Positions 62,273-64,000 of a DNA stretch of 64,000 bases are shown piece by piece (within the stretch, counting starts at the first letter, position 1; the number at the start of each line of letters is the position of its first letter). The DNA comes from Vicugna vicugna (Eukaryota): assembly GCA_013265495.1 (NCBI GenBank), contig MU058423.1, positions 5,006,793 through 5,070,792 on the forward strand. Direction: 5' to 3'. A model generated the notes under the pieces. It was not told the DNA's origin. It ran no database searches and saw only the letters and a program-made list of their open reading frames with translations. The translations under genes were made by a program, and so were the position numbers.

Positions 62273-63499
62273 CACAAATATGATTGAGCATGGACTTTGC
62301 TTGATGCAAACCAAGAGACTAGAGAATCTTGGTTATGCAGGCTATTATTAAGCCAGTTCATGGGGACAAAGGATGTCAATCCAAGCTGGAAGCTATCTGC
62401 CACAAACCTTTTGGGGTATTGCTGCTCTTCACTGACATTTGAAAGATTAGGTAAGGGACATTTTTATCAGCTGTCAGAACCCAGAGCAAACAGATTTGCA
62501 AAACCAACAAAATCATCTCCCAAACAAACAACTGTGTCAACACAGGGAGGTCCCTGAGAATCAACTGGCTCTATCACTCACTGACCTCCTTGCATCTCCT
62601 TGTAGAAGGTAAATGTCCCAACCAATGGTCACTATGTGTTGCTGTTCTATCAACTGTATTCTTTCCAGTTCTTGAAATGAAAATCGGTATTACAACTTAG
62701 CTGTTCTCCCTTCTCTTATATTTCGTATACAAGGCACAACAAATATCTGGATGTTGGGGGACAGTTTATCGAATTTCTAAAAATTTACTAAGCCAAGAAA
62801 AAATAATCTGAAAAGATGATTGTAAAACAGATACCCTTTATAACTTACATCCTATCTAATTAAGTTTATGCTGTAGGCTGTGTGTGTGTGATGCACACTA
62901 AAGTTTAAATACTCATTTTAAATGATGATGGTAGATGAACAGTGAGTAGTTCTCAGCAAAAGTGGTATTAGTTTATCCTAGGGAAGGAAAGAAAAGTTCT
63001 AGAAACAGAAGAAAATGATGACGTTTGAATGCAAGAAGGAAGTTGTATGTATTTTCAGGCAGTCAAGCGTTTATTGGTGTAATAGAAATAGTGATTATAC
63101 CAATACTACATTTACTGTTTATGTCACTATATTACTAGATCTAATTGTCAATCCTAAGCAACATTTTTACTCAACTGATTATTCCTTTCTCTTGAAATTT
63201 TCCTTTTTCTTTTTTTGCTTGATTTTCAGGTCAGCACATTTCCTTGGTTTTCTTTTCTTCCCACTAGTCAATCCTTCTCAGTCTCCCTATGATCTGAGTA
63301 CTGTGCATCCCCTCCACCGTGAGCTCTCTGACAATAAGGCTCACAGTGTGTTAGTCAACCCCACAGGCATAGATGGTTAGGTGGAGATCTTTGTCAGACA
63401 CCAACTCAGTCATTCAATCTTACTCCCAGGAATTTAGAGTTAACTTTTAAATGAGCGCTCTCTGCTAGTTGTTTATCAAAACTACAGCTTAACATTTGG

Positions 63500-63815
63500 G
63501 GCCACATGGACTGCTTCTTCACCCCCTTCAAGTCTTTGCACAAATGTCACCTCTCATTGGAGCCTATCCTGAAAATCCACTACATTCAAGCACCGCCACA
63601 CTTAAAAATACCATTGTCTTACTCTATTTTTCCATTACTCTCGTTGACTTCTAAGCTACTATATAGTTTACAAATGTGTACATGTATTACTCATTATCTG
63701 TCTTCATTCACTGGACAGTAACTCCACAACATGACCTTTCCCTGTTTTGTTTTATATTTAATCTTTAATGTCTTTAACAAGGCCTGGCAATAGTTGGTAA
63801 TAATGATTGTCTGAC
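63500..63815 (+). mobile_element. L2 3' end
   Basis: CAAATGTCACCT.TC, GTAACTCCA-like motif, TCTGTTTTGTT-like stretch, AACAAGGCCTGGCA.TAG. Confidence 0.8.
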
Positions 63816-64000
63816 ATATATTAAACCATAGATAAATTTCTTTAAAAGTTTTCTACATAGGAAAGATTCTGTATCGCTTAAAGTGAGAAAAATGAGTACC
63901 ATTCTAGGCTTTCAGACAAATGTGTCTTAATACGTCGAATTAGTTTATAGGTCACAGAAGGCCTGAGGACCCGAAGAAGAGATGGTGGGACAACTCAGAC

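Noticed and set aside
63180..63380. Strong pyrimidine tract plus CAG at about 63229 inside a 121-aa ORF
   Set aside because: The downstream peptide is unrecognisable and there is only a weak donor; isolated acceptors are common in T-rich DNA.
1..64000. CRISPR arrays, operons, rRNA or other prokaryote-type systems
   Set aside because: The sequence is mammalian repeat-rich DNA with CpG depletion. I saw no regularly spaced repeat-spacer array and no gene-dense region.

Overview
AT-rich mammalian non-coding DNA (intergenic or deep intronic). It is most likely camelid: a 5'-truncated Vic-1-type tRNA-derived SINE sits at 35323-35395, and I saw no Alu, Bov-A/BovB, PRE1 or SINEC. I recognise no intact protein-coding gene, RNA gene or CRISPR array. 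The only ORF-track peptides I recognise are decayed LINE-1 ORF2 pieces. Much of the window is interspersed repeat: old L1M-type and younger L1 fragments, L2, MIR, MaLR (MLT1), ERVL and ERV1 LTRs, and the DNA transposons MER5, MER45A and MER82. Several insertions are nested and keep readable target-site duplications (TSDs). Three structures stand out. (1) A diverged direct duplication of about 430 bp at 26750-27180 / 27870-28310 (about 1.12 kb period, 82-85% identity in two hand-aligned blocks) that matches no repeat I know and keeps a minus-strand GTAAGT donor plus CACCC/TATA-like motifs in both copies. (2) An apparently repeat-free stretch at 37-40 kb with clustered TGACA (TALE-type), MEF2, E-box and homeobox motifs. 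(3) A 4.3 kb pile-up of ERV1 LTRs at 40.2-44.4 kb with two inverted family pairs and an internally deleted provirus carrying a tRNA-Ser-type primer binding site. I did not find a demonstrable new biological system. Repeat family names come from my recall of consensus sequences, not from a search, and boundaries without TSDs are approximate.
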